Below are positions 19,211-28,776 of a stretch of 48,487 bases of DNA, in pieces. The stretch's first letter is position 1, and every line of letters starts with the position of its first letter. The position numbers and the translations under genes are program-made. Location: the NCBI GenBank assembly GCA_013001815.1, contig JABDLV010000227.1, positions 1 through 48,487 of the forward strand, read 5' to 3'. The notes under the pieces are model-generated. The model had not been told where the DNA came from and searched no databases. It saw nothing but the letters and a program-made list of their open reading frames with translations. The DNA comes from Bacteroidia bacterium. GTDB lineage: Bacteria; Bacteroidota; Bacteroidia; AKYH767-A; OLB10.

Positions 19211-19798
19211 TTGAACTATCTGGCACATATTTATTTATCCGGAACCGATGAGGAGCTCATGATTGGCAATTTTTTGGGAGATCATGTTCGGGGTAATCAA
19301 TTCCCAAATCTTACCAAACGTATGGTAGACGGTATTTACCTGCATAGATTCATAGACACTTTTACAGATTCTCATGAAATTGTTAGGGAAAGCAAATTGC
19401 GATTACGGCCCAATTATGGAAAATATGCTTCTGTAATAGTGGACATATATTATGACCATTTTTTAGCCTATAATTGGAAGAATTACCATGAAATGTCTCT
19501 TCCTTCCTACACAAAAAAAATATATGGAATTCTAAATAAGCATCATGAAAGGCTGCCTGAAAGAACGAAAATGGTATTGAGTCACATGAGCGAGCATAAC
19601 TGGTTGTTGAATTATGCTGAACTGGAAGGCATGGAAAAAGCTTTAAGAGGAATTTCTAAAAGAACAAAATTTGAATCAAATATTGATAAATCGATTCATG
19701 AATTAAAAGAATATTATACCGAATTTGAAAAGGAGTTTTCTGAATTTTTTCCTGATTTAATAAAAGCAGTAGAAGACAAAAGTGGAGTAAAGGTGTAA
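19211..19798 (+). CDS. acpH: Acyl carrier protein phosphodiesterase
   Basis: N-terminus MNYLAHIYLS...GNFLGDHV..LH..ID.F.D, as in AcpH. TTG start. Confidence 0.75.
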   Translation: MNYLAHIYLSGTDEELMIGNFLGDHVRGNQFPNLTKRMVDGIYLHRFIDTFTDSHEIVRESKLRLRPNYGKYASVIVDIYYDHFLAYNWKNYHEMSLPSYTKKIYGILNKHHERLPERTKMVLSHMSEHNWLLNYAELEGMEKALRGISKRTKFESNIDKSIHELKEYYTEFEKEFSEFFPDLIKAVEDKSGVKV

Positions 19799-19801
19799 CG
19801 T

Positions 19802-20317
19802 CTAATTTACAACTGAAAATCGTTTTGATAGAAACCGATTATTTACCACCACAAACATGATATAAACCCCTTCTTCATAATTTGTTGTATCAATTGGTAT
19901 GTAGTAAGGCAAACCGGGGGTGTCTATATTTCGCAATGTATTTCTATAAACGTATAACCCATAGACATCACTTATATATATTTCTACGTTGCTTGGCTCT
20001 CTAACATAAATTCTAAAATCAAGAATATTGTTGTTTTGGGCTGGTGGAATTGGAACAATATCAAAGTCAAATTCACCACAAATACCATTTACTACAGTTC
20101 CAGTAATTCCATCTTTGCTTCTGGCAAAACATTCATTTCTATAAGTAACCCCATTGCAGGCACAAACAGGGTTATAAGGCCCAACACATGGAAAATATTG
20201 GTTGATCAATAAAGTATCTTGACAATAAATTTGAGCTTCGCATGTGTTGATTTGTACTAAGGCAGGCAAGCATATTACAACGCATGCGATAAATATCTTT
20301 CGAAAGAATTTGTGCAT
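19802..20317 (-). CDS. Small secreted protein: Kazal-like protease-inhibitor domain plus T9SS-CTD-like beta-sandwich tail
   Basis: Signal peptide. C..11..CVGPYNPVCACNGVTYRNECFARSKDG...GIC has the Kazal core PVC..G.TY.NEC. The tail VEIYISDVYGLYVYRN...GVYIMFVVVNNRFLSKRFSVVN resembles a sorting domain. Confidence 0.55.
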   Translation of the reverse strand: MHKFFRKIFIACVVICLPALVQINTCEAQIYCQDTLLINQYFPCVGPYNPVCACNGVTYRNECFARSKDGITGTVVNGICGEFDFDIVPIPPAQNNNILDFRIYVREPSNVEIYISDVYGLYVYRNTLRNIDTPGLPYYIPIDTTNYEEGVYIMFVVVNNRFLSKRFSVVN

Positions 20318-20359
20318 ATGCTAATTTACAAAATACTAGGCGAGAAGTAAAGTTAAAGT

Positions 20360-21103
20360 TTAAGAGGTGGCTTCGGCTTTCAGAAACTCTCGGTTTAATC
20401 GGGCAATATTTTCAATAGAAATTTCTTTCGGACATTCTACCTCACATGCCCCTGTATTAGAACAATTCCCAAATCCTTCATCATCCATTTGCTTTACCAT
20501 TTTTTTAACTCGCTCTGTTGCTTCAACCTGGCCTTGAGGCAATAAGGATAATTGAGAAACTTTTGCAGATACAAAAAGCATTGCACTTGAGTTTTTGCAA
20601 GTTGCAACACAAGCCCCGCAACCAATACATGCAGCAGCATCAAACGCAGTATCTGCATTTTCTTTTTTAATAGGGATGGCATTTCCATCTTGCGCAGCAC
20701 CAGTGTTTACACTTACATATCCACCTGCAGACATTATTCTGTCAAACGAATTTCTGTCAACCACTAAATCTTTTATTACCGGAAATGCTTTTGCACGCCA
20801 GGGTTCGATGTGAATTGTGTCACCATCTTTAAAACTCCGCATGTGTAATTGGCATGTAGTTACACCATCACCCGGACCATGTGCAGAGCCGTTTATGTAT
20901 AAGCTACACGCACCGCAAATTCCTTCACGGCAATCATGGTCAAATGCAACGGGGTCCTCTCCTGCTTCAATTAACTGATTGTTTAATACATCCATCATTT
21001 CTAAAAATGACATGTCCTCAGATATATCAGTAATTGGATAGGTAACTAATTTGCCCTTATCCTGTGGTCCGTTTTGTCGCCAAATTTTAAGTGATAAATT
21101 CAT
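20360..21103 (-). CDS. sdhB: Succinate dehydrogenase/fumarate reductase iron-sulfur subunit
   Basis: Cys clusters [21 protein letters not shown] and [12 protein letters not shown]. Confidence 0.9.
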   Translation of the reverse strand: MNLSLKIWRQNGPQDKGKLVTYPITDISEDMSFLEMMDVLNNQLIEAGEDPVAFDHDCREGICGACSLYINGSAHGPGDGVTTCQLHMRSFKDGDTIHIEPWRAKAFPVIKDLVVDRNSFDRIMSAGGYVSVNTGAAQDGNAIPIKKENADTAFDAAACIGCGACVATCKNSSAMLFVSAKVSQLSLLPQGQVEATERVKKMVKQMDDEGFGNCSNTGACEVECPKEISIENIARLNREFLKAEATS

Positions 21104-21112
21104 TCCTTGTTC

Positions 21113-23119
21113 TTATTTATAACTTCTTTGTTTCAATTCTACAAATTCAAAATCTAAATCCTCTTTGTGCAACGTGGCATCCTTTGGTTCGCCATTGTAT
21201 TCCCATGCTGCTACATAAGTATAGTTGTCATCATCTCTTTTTGCTTCACCCTCTTCAGTTCTATATTCTTCTCTAAAATGCCCACCGCATGATTCATTTC
21301 TATCCAGTGCATCTTTACACATTAATTCACCCAACTCTAAAAAGTCTGCAACTCGCCCTGCTTTTTCTAATTCTGGATTTAATTCATTTAGTGTACCTGG
21401 AATTTTCACATCATTATAAAATTGCTCTCTGAGCTTGCTTATATCTTCAATTGCCTGCTTTAAATTGCCTGCATTACGCGCCATTCCACAGTTATTCCAC
21501 ATGATTTTCCCCAATTTCTTATGAAAATAATCTACGCTGTATTTACCGTCATTATTGATAAACTTATTCAGCTTTTCCTTCACGTCTTGCTCTGCTTTGT
21601 CAAATTCTGGTGTGTCGGTTGGAATGGTACCGGTTCTTATATCATTTGAAAGGTATTCTCCAATTGTATACGGTATAACAAAATAACCATCAGCTAAACC
21701 TTGCATAAGTGCCGAAGCACCTAAACGATTTGCACCGTGGTCAGAAAAATTTGCTTCACCAAGTGCGTAGCATCCGGGTATGCTTGTCATCAAATTATAA
21801 TCTACCCAAAGGCCGCCCATTGTATAATGCACTGCAGGATAAATTTTCATTGGTGTTTCGTATGGGTTGTCATCAGTAATTTTTTCATACATCTGAAATA
21901 AATTCCCATACTTTTCTTTTATTATTTGCTTTCCAAGATTTTTAACGGTTGCATCATTGCTTGTATCTAATCCTTGAGCAGTGGCTTCTACATTTCCATA
22001 TCGCATCATGGCATCGGCAAAATCTAAAAATACGGCTTCACCGGTTTTATTTACTCCAAATCCCTCATCGCATCTTTCTTTTGCAGCCCTAGAAGCAACA
22101 TCACGTGGCACTAAGTTTCCAAATGAAGGATATCTTCTTTCTAAGTAATAATCTCTGTCTTCTTCAGCAATGTTTACCGGTTTTAAGCTGCCATTTCTAA
22201 CGGCTTCTACATCTTCTTTCTTCTTTGGCACCCAAATTCTTCCATCGTTTCTTAACGACTCAGACATCAAAGTAAGTTTAGATTGATATTCTCCGGATAC
22301 AGGAATGCACGTTGGGTGTATTTGTGTGTAACATGGATTTGCAAAACAAGCTCCACGTTTATGTGCTTTCCATGCAGCTGTAACATTAGATCCCATTGCA
22401 TTGGTTGAAAGGAAAAATACATTTCCGTAACCTCCAGTGCAAAGTAGTACTGCGTGTCCACTGTGCCTTTGAATTTCTCCGCTTACTAAATCACGAGCAA
22501 TTATCCCTCTTGCTTTTCCATCCACTATAACTACATCCAGCATTTCGTGTCTGGAATACATTTTTACTTTTCCTCTTCCAATTTGTCTACTCAATGCAGA
22601 GTAAGCACCTAATAATAATTGTTGTCCAGTTTGTCCTTTTGCATAGAATGTTCTTGAAACTAAAACCCCTCCAAACGACCTGTTATCAAGCATTCCACCA
22701 TAGTCACGAGCAAATGGAACCCCTTGTGCAACGCACTGGTCAATGATATTAGCAGACACTTCTGCTAGTCGATATACATTAGATTCTCTAGAGCGATAGT
22801 CACCTCCTTTTATAGTATCGTAAAACAATCTATAGGTACTGTCTCCATCATTCTGATAATTTTTAGCTGCATTTATTCCTCCTTGTGCAGCAATGGAGTG
22901 TGCGCGCCTCGGACTGTCTTGAAAACAAAATGCTTTTACGTTGTATCCCATCTCTGCTAAGGATGCAGCAGCTGATGCACCGGCTAAACCGGTACCCACT
23001 ACAATTACATCAATCAATCTTTTGTTTGCAGGATTAACAAGGTTAATACTGTTCTTGTGGTTGGTCCATTTATTTTCTAATGGCCCTTTGGGTGTTTTTG
23101 AATCAAGAACAACTGACAT
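21113..23119 (-). CDS. sdhA: Succinate dehydrogenase/fumarate reductase flavoprotein subunit
   Basis: FAD fold [12 protein letters not shown]; [12 protein letters not shown] (FAD-linking His); HYTMGG; about 668 aa, Bacteroidota type. Confidence 0.9.
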   Translation of the reverse strand: MSVVLDSKTPKGPLENKWTNHKNSINLVNPANKRLIDVIVVGTGLAGASAAASLAEMGYNVKAFCFQDSPRRAHSIAAQGGINAAKNYQNDGDSTYRLFYDTIKGGDYRSRESNVYRLAEVSANIIDQCVAQGVPFARDYGGMLDNRSFGGVLVSRTFYAKGQTGQQLLLGAYSALSRQIGRGKVKMYSRHEMLDVVIVDGKARGIIARDLVSGEIQRHSGHAVLLCTGGYGNVFFLSTNAMGSNVTAAWKAHKRGACFANPCYTQIHPTCIPVSGEYQSKLTLMSESLRNDGRIWVPKKKEDVEAVRNGSLKPVNIAEEDRDYYLERRYPSFGNLVPRDVASRAAKERCDEGFGVNKTGEAVFLDFADAMMRYGNVEATAQGLDTSNDATVKNLGKQIIKEKYGNLFQMYEKITDDNPYETPMKIYPAVHYTMGGLWVDYNLMTSIPGCYALGEANFSDHGANRLGASALMQGLADGYFVIPYTIGEYLSNDIRTGTIPTDTPEFDKAEQDVKEKLNKFINNDGKYSVDYFHKKLGKIMWNNCGMARNAGNLKQAIEDISKLREQFYNDVKIPGTLNELNPELEKAGRVADFLELGELMCKDALDRNESCGGHFREEYRTEEGEAKRDDDNYTYVAAWEYNGEPKDATLHKEDLDFEFVELKQRSYK

Positions 23120-23122
23120 CTT

Positions 23123-23827
23123 TTATTGTGTTATTAGTTTAAAATGAAGAGCAATAGGAATTATGGCAAATAATAATGGTATAAGAATAGCAAAACCATA
23201 GCCTGTTCGTTTTATTATGGAATTCCACTCAGGATGGTTTAAGCCAAAGCTTTGAAATGCTGACTGAAACCCGTGATACAAGTGAAATGCAATGGCTATC
23301 ATGCTTAATACATAAAATACCGTAAATAATAACCCCATATCAGGGTCTGTAAAAAACTTCATTACTACAGTATATAAATCTTTTACCGGCTTATCTTCTA
23401 GTATATATGATTCAATTGGTCCCCAGTGCATGGTGTACCAAAAATTACTCATATGTATAATAATAAATGCAAGAATAACGGTTCCCAGTATGCCCATGTT
23501 TCTTGATGACCATGTAGAATTTCTGGATGTGTTATTTTTTACATATTTTGTAGGTCTTGCTTGTCTGTTTTGATAAGCCAAAATGAGACCATCAATAGCA
23601 TGAATTATTATGCTTACATAGGTAATCCAGCTTAGTATTTTTACTAATGGATTATGAGTCATAAAGTAAGCATAAGCATTAAATTGATCTCTAGCACCAT
23701 CTGCCTCAGGAATCAATAATTGTAAATTGCCTGCTAAATGACCAATTAAAAAAAGACATAAAAATAAGCCGGTTCCGGCCATCCAGTATTTTTTTACCAA
23801 TGATGTTGTGAGTAGAGCGTTAGCCAT
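23123..23827 (-). CDS. sdhC: Succinate dehydrogenase cytochrome b subunit, b558 family
   Basis: Five predicted TM helices with conserved His residues. First gene of the sdhCAB block. Confidence 0.8.
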   Translation of the reverse strand: MANALLTTSLVKKYWMAGTGLFLCLFLIGHLAGNLQLLIPEADGARDQFNAYAYFMTHNPLVKILSWITYVSIIIHAIDGLILAYQNRQARPTKYVKNNTSRNSTWSSRNMGILGTVILAFIIIHMSNFWYTMHWGPIESYILEDKPVKDLYTVVMKFFTDPDMGLLFTVFYVLSMIAIAFHLYHGFQSAFQSFGLNHPEWNSIIKRTGYGFAILIPLLFAIIPIALHFKLITQ

Positions 23828-23901
23828 GATTTAGGATTAATATCTCTTTATTAAACAAATAAGTTTTAAAGAAGTTATTTTGTCTAAAATTAATATGGGA
23901 G

Positions 23902-23932
23902 CAAAGTTAGCAGCCCAGTTTACCTAAACAAA
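23902..23932 (-). promoter_or_regulatory. Candidate sigma-A promoter of sdhCAB (-33 TTTG / -7 TAACTTTG)
   Basis: On the minus strand: TTTG (plus-strand CAAA 23929-23932), a 19-nt spacer, then TAACTTTG (plus-strand CAAAGTTA 23902-23909). About 74 nt upstream of the sdhC ATG. Confidence 0.45.
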
Positions 23933-23985
23933 TTTTTTATAATTTTCAGCAATAGAACTATTAACAAAGATTCAAAAGCCTCAGA

Positions 23986-25272
23986 ATGAAATATAATCCT
24001 ATCAATAAGAACTTATTTATATCGAATAGAAAGAACCTAGCTAAGAAGTTGAAGAAAAATTCATTGGCTGTTTTTCACGCCAATGATTTAATGCCAAAAA
24101 GTGGTGATGGTTTTTTCCCGTTTAAGCAACATCCTGATTTATATTATTTATCTGGTATTGACCAGGAAATGACTGTTTTGTTGATTTGTCCTGATTTTCC
24201 GATTAAGGAGTACCGTGAAGTTTTGTTTTTACGCAAAACAAACGAGCATATTGCTGTTTGGGAAGGACATAAATATACCATGCCTGAAGCAGAAGCCGCT
24301 TCGGGTATAAAAACAATTAAATGGGTTGAAGACTTTAATTCTGTTTTTTCATTATTAGCAAATCACAGTGAAAATATTTATGTAGATATAAATGAAAACG
24401 ACAGGTATGCCAGCGAGGTGGAAGATAGAAATTCACGTTTCGCAAATGCATATAAATTAAAATACCCCGGCCATAACTTTGAAAGAAGTGGGCAAATAAT
24501 GGCAGACCTCAGAAGAGTAAAATCAAAGCATGAAGTTGAGCAAATTCAAACCGCATGTAACATTACCGAGAAAGGATTGCGAAGAATACTAAGAATGATA
24601 AAGCCGGGTGTCAATGAATGCGAAATTGAAGCTGAAATTACACATGAATTCTTAATAAATAGAGCAACTGGTCATGCATACAGCCCAATTATTGCGAGTG
24701 GCCCTAATGCTTGTGTGTTGCATTACGTAGATAATAACCTAAAGTGCAATGCAGGTGATGTAATCCTTATGGACTTTGGCGCAGAGTACGCCAATTATGC
24801 AGCTGATTTAACACGCTGTGTTCCGGTAAGTGGAAAGTTTACAAAGAGACAAAAAGATGTGTATAATGCAGTGCATAAAGTGATGAAGGCATCTATTAAA
24901 ATGTTAAAACCCGGAAACACCATTGATAAATACCACAAAGCAGTTGGTGAATTAATGACAAAGCAATTAGTGGATTTAAAATTGCTAAAAATGAGTGAGG
25001 TTAAAAAGCAAGATGCTAAAAGCCCATTGTACAAAAAGTACTTTATGCATGGTACGTCTCATTTTTTGGGATTAGATGTACATGATGTAGGCGATAGATT
25101 TAAACCAATGCAAGTTGGAAACGTATTTACTTGTGAACCTGGAATTTATATTCCTGAAGAAAACTTAGGCATTAGATTAGAGAACGACATTTTGATTACT
25201 GCAAAGGGACAAAAAGATTTAATGAAAAATATACCGATTAATGCAGATGAAATAGAAGACTTGATGAACTAA
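23986..25272 (+). CDS. pepP: Xaa-Pro aminopeptidase (M24B)
   Basis: AMP_N-type N-terminal domain. M24 metal ligands in DFGAEY..YAADLTR, HGTSHFLGLDVHD and TCEPGIY..IRLEND. Confidence 0.85.
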   Translation: MKYNPINKNLFISNRKNLAKKLKKNSLAVFHANDLMPKSGDGFFPFKQHPDLYYLSGIDQEMTVLLICPDFPIKEYREVLFLRKTNEHIAVWEGHKYTMPEAEAASGIKTIKWVEDFNSVFSLLANHSENIYVDINENDRYASEVEDRNSRFANAYKLKYPGHNFERSGQIMADLRRVKSKHEVEQIQTACNITEKGLRRILRMIKPGVNECEIEAEITHEFLINRATGHAYSPIIASGPNACVLHYVDNNLKCNAGDVILMDFGAEYANYAADLTRCVPVSGKFTKRQKDVYNAVHKVMKASIKMLKPGNTIDKYHKAVGELMTKQLVDLKLLKMSEVKKQDAKSPLYKKYFMHGTSHFLGLDVHDVGDRFKPMQVGNVFTCEPGIYIPEENLGIRLENDILITAKGQKDLMKNIPINADEIEDLMN

Positions 25273-25273
25273 T

Positions 25274-26128
25274 CTACTTTATAAAGCAGGCTTTTTGTTT
25301 TTTTCTGAATATGCTTTTCAGCTTACTGTCACCTGCCAAGTTTATTTCTAGGCCAATTCCGAAATGAACGTAAGAGTCATTATTCGATTCATTTCCTCTT
25401 AAATTTCCTCCTTTAGGAAAAGCTCCATTATCATTTCTGTCTGATAGTAAAATAGCTGTAGACCCATTGGGTGCAGTGGCTAATGCAAGAGAATCAGGAA
25501 AAACCGAACTAACATCATCAATATAATCAGTTAATGTTAAGTGTACTGCGGCATCAAAACGTAATTTGGTATAGTCGCTAAGTCTAAAATAAACTCCGCC
25601 ACCAATAAGGCCTGAGCCTTGAACCAGATTGTATGGTTTGTTGTAGAGGTCATCATCTGTTTGAATAAACTGACCTTCGGTTCCTAGCGGTTTTAGTTCA
25701 ACTAATTCGCCATCTAATTCGGCTTTTGGGTTAAACCAAAACACCCCTGCACCGGCATAAACAAAAGGGTTGATGAATCTTTTTCGCCAGGTAGCAAACA
25801 TTTTATATTCTGTTCTAAATGACAATTCATCTACGGTGGATTGAAAACTTAAATTTCTCAAACGTGTTCCTCTTCTGCTCGATAAAGAATCTGCACCTGT
25901 AAGTTTACCGTGCATGAAATGAAATTGAAAGGTTAAATTATTATTTGGGTTATAGCCAATCCCTGCGCTGAATTGTGTATTTATTAAATCTGAATGTGAA
26001 TAGTCATGGTCATTCAATTCACCTTGATAATAAATTCCACCAACTCCCAGATAATAAGATGTTCTACTTTGGCTTTGTGCTAAACTCGCACTCAGTAAAA
26101 AAATAAATAGCAGAAGGGGTATGCGCAT
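25274..26128 (-). CDS. Outer-membrane beta-barrel protein (unknown function)
   Basis: Signal peptide ending AQSQ; YYLGVGGIYYQGEL...; alternating strands throughout. Confidence 0.55.
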   Translation of the reverse strand: MRIPLLLFIFLLSASLAQSQSRTSYYLGVGGIYYQGELNDHDYSHSDLINTQFSAGIGYNPNNNLTFQFHFMHGKLTGADSLSSRRGTRLRNLSFQSTVDELSFRTEYKMFATWRKRFINPFVYAGAGVFWFNPKAELDGELVELKPLGTEGQFIQTDDDLYNKPYNLVQGSGLIGGGVYFRLSDYTKLRFDAAVHLTLTDYIDDVSSVFPDSLALATAPNGSTAILLSDRNDNGAFPKGGNLRGNESNNDSYVHFGIGLEINLAGDSKLKSIFRKKQKACFIK

Positions 26129-26153
26129 TACTTTAGATTTAATTAAAGAGCTA

Positions 26154-26161
26154 CAAAGTTA
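26154..26161 (-). promoter_or_regulatory. Candidate -7 box TAACTTTG
   Basis: Plus-strand CAAAGTTA, 25 nt upstream of the ATG at 26128. No -33 element seen. Confidence 0.3.
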
Positions 26162-26199
26162 GGCCTAAATTCTAAATATGAAATTATATTTTTCAACAA

Positions 26200-27732
26200 T
26201 TAAGCCTTGTTTATTAGGACATTGCCGGTCATTTCACTTGGAATTTCAACATTCATTAGTGTTAAAATAGTAGGAGCAAGGTCAGCTAATATCCCATCTT
26301 GCATTTTAAATTTAACATTTTTGCCAACTAAAAAGCATGGAACCTTGTTTGTAGTGTGTGCTGTATTTGGGCTCCCATCTTTATTGATGGCTTTGTCTGC
26401 ATTACCATGGTCTGCTGTAATTAGACAAGTATATCCATTTTCTAAAGCTGCCTCTACTACTTTTTGCACACAGCTGTCTACGGTTTCAACGGCTTTAACA
26501 ATTGCATCAAAAACACCCGTATGTCCAACCATGTCTGCATTTGCAAAATTCAAGCAAATGTAGTCTGCAGTTTGGTTATTTATTTCACTGCAAATTAAAT
26601 CAGTAACTTCATTTGCACTCATTTCCGGTTTTAAGTCATAAGTTGCAACTTTTGGTGATGCAACCATAATTCTTTTTTCGTTTTTAAATTCGTTTTCCTT
26701 TCCACCGGAAAAGAAATAAGTTACATGAGGATATTTTTCCGTTTCAGATATTCTGATTTGATTTTTATTTTGACTTTCTAATACTTCTCCCAATGTGTTA
26801 TGTAGGTGCTCATGAGAAAACAACACATTTATATTTTTAAAAGAGTCATCATAATTCGTCATGGTTACAAAATGAAGTGGAATTGTTTTCATTTTGTGTT
26901 CGCTTAAATCTTTTTGAGTAAGGGAAGTTACAATTTGTCTACACCTGTCCGTTCTAAAATTAAAACAGACTACGGCATCATTTTCATTGATAGTACCAAT
27001 TGGTTTACCATCTTCATCAACTGATATGATTGGCTTAATGAATTCATCGGTTACATTATCTTGATATGATTCATTTATTGCACCTTCTATGTTTGTTGTT
27101 TTGTGACCAATTCCTTCTGTCATTGCATCGTATGCGATCTTTATTCGTTCCCATCTGTTATCTCTGTCCATAGCATAATACCTGCCTGTAACACTTGCTA
27201 ACTGAGAATTGTATTTGCTTACAGCATCGGTAGTATCCTTTATAGATTTTATTCCGCTGTGCGGATCTGTATCTCTTCCATCGGTAAAGGCATGAATAAA
27301 TGAATTGTTGATTCCGTTTCTATGTGCTAACTCACATAAGTACATTAAATGGTTTTGGTGCGAATGAACTCCACCATCAGAAACCAGACCAATGAAATGA
27401 AGATTAATACCGGCTTTTTTTACGTATTCAAAAGTTTTTAAAAGCGTAGCATTAGCATCAATTGATTTTGATGAAACGCTTTGGTTTATTCTTGCTAATT
27501 CTTGATTTACAATTCTTCCTGCGCCTATATTAATGTGTCCAACTTCTGAGTTGCCCATTTGTCCTTCCGGTAGTCCAACATTAACGCCTGAAGTATTTAA
27601 AAAACTATAAGGGTAATCGTTGTACAAACTATCAATAAATGGTGTTTGTGCTTTATAAATGGCATTGGAATTGTCTTTTGGCCCTTCTCCCCAGCCATCC
27701 ATAATAATTAATATAGTCTTATTGCTGCTCAT
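26200..27732 (-). CDS. gpmI: 2,3-bisphosphoglycerate-independent phosphoglycerate mutase
   Basis: ILIIMDGWG, GNSEVGHINIGAGR, SDGGVHSH and ITADHGNA blocks. Confidence 0.95.
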   Translation of the reverse strand: MSSNKTILIIMDGWGEGPKDNSNAIYKAQTPFIDSLYNDYPYSFLNTSGVNVGLPEGQMGNSEVGHINIGAGRIVNQELARINQSVSSKSIDANATLLKTFEYVKKAGINLHFIGLVSDGGVHSHQNHLMYLCELAHRNGINNSFIHAFTDGRDTDPHSGIKSIKDTTDAVSKYNSQLASVTGRYYAMDRDNRWERIKIAYDAMTEGIGHKTTNIEGAINESYQDNVTDEFIKPIISVDEDGKPIGTINENDAVVCFNFRTDRCRQIVTSLTQKDLSEHKMKTIPLHFVTMTNYDDSFKNINVLFSHEHLHNTLGEVLESQNKNQIRISETEKYPHVTYFFSGGKENEFKNEKRIMVASPKVATYDLKPEMSANEVTDLICSEINNQTADYICLNFANADMVGHTGVFDAIVKAVETVDSCVQKVVEAALENGYTCLITADHGNADKAINKDGSPNTAHTTNKVPCFLVGKNVKFKMQDGILADLAPTILTLMNVEIPSEMTGNVLINKA

Positions 27733-27735
27733 GTG

Positions 27736-28704
27736 TTAGTTGCTTGGAAAACTAATATGAAATATGGTCCCGACAGGTTGGTTGTCCAGTATTTCAATTT
27801 TTCCTTTATGGTTGTCAATAATATATTTAGCAATATATAACCCTAAACCTGTTCCTTTCGTTTTTCTGGTTTCCTCATTGCCAATTCTGTAAAATGCGGT
27901 GAACACATTTTCTCTTTCTTCGCCAGGAATGCCTATGCCTTTATCTTTAAAGATTAATTCGATGTGTTTTTTATTTCTTTTTAGATCTACATGTACTTCC
28001 GCTTTATTATTTGAGGAATATTTTTCTGCGTTTTGAAGTAAGTTATTTATAACAGATTCAATTGCATCAGCATCTCCAAACATTTCTAAATCCGGTTCAA
28101 TATTTTGATGTATTTCAATAAACTCTTTTTTAGCTTCCGGAATTTTGTCAATAATACTTGCAATTTTATTAGATACATTAAACCAATTCATATCAAATGT
28201 ATACTTTCTTGCTTCCATTTGAGATGCAATCAATGCATTATTCACAAGGCTGGTAACACGGTCAGTTTCCGCTAATGAATTGTTTAATATGCTTTTTCTT
28301 TTATCAGAATCTAGTTCATGCTTTTCTAGGGTTTGCAAATTTAAACGTATAGCTGCTAAAGGAGATTTGAACTCGTGAGTAACAGAAAGTAAAAAGTTTT
28401 TCTGTTGTTGTGTTAAGCGCATTTCTTTTACAAATGCCTTATTAATCATTCTAATGCCAATAAATAGCAAAGTGATAAATACAAGTCCTTCACCGGCAAT
28501 CATTAGCCATTTTTTTTTCAAATTTGAGAGAAAGAGATCCTTTTCAGACTGAATAATTTCGGGGTTGGTTATTTCATATTGAATTAATTTTAGTCTCAAT
28601 TCAAAAACATCTGAATACAAATCCGATAACAAATAGGCCCACCAACCAAATTGAAACAAAACATAAATAACAAGAATGTAAAAGATTACTAAAGGCCTGC
28701 TCAT
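27736..28704 (-). CDS. Membrane sensor histidine kinase (two TM helices, short periplasmic loop, HisKA + HATPase_c)
   Basis: H-box SVTHEFKSPLAAI, N-box NLLQNAEKY, G1 DKGIGI, G2 GTGLGL. Two N-terminal hydrophobic helices. Confidence 0.9.
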   Translation of the reverse strand: MSRPLVIFYILVIYVLFQFGWWAYLLSDLYSDVFELRLKLIQYEITNPEIIQSEKDLFLSNLKKKWLMIAGEGLVFITLLFIGIRMINKAFVKEMRLTQQQKNFLLSVTHEFKSPLAAIRLNLQTLEKHELDSDKRKSILNNSLAETDRVTSLVNNALIASQMEARKYTFDMNWFNVSNKIASIIDKIPEAKKEFIEIHQNIEPDLEMFGDADAIESVINNLLQNAEKYSSNNKAEVHVDLKRNKKHIELIFKDKGIGIPGEERENVFTAFYRIGNEETRKTKGTGLGLYIAKYIIDNHKGKIEILDNQPVGTIFHISFPSN

Positions 28705-28721
28705 ATGCTAATTATTGCACA

Positions 28722-28729
28722 CAAAGTTA
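28722..28729 (-). promoter_or_regulatory. Candidate -7 box TAACTTTG in the 72-nt spacer upstream of the histidine kinase gene
   Basis: Plus-strand CAAAGTTA, 17 nt upstream of the kinase ATG (28704). No -33 element. Confidence 0.3.
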
Positions 28730-28776
28730 ATATAAAGAGAAGGTATAAAGTAGTAAATTAAGAGAATAGTAGTGGA

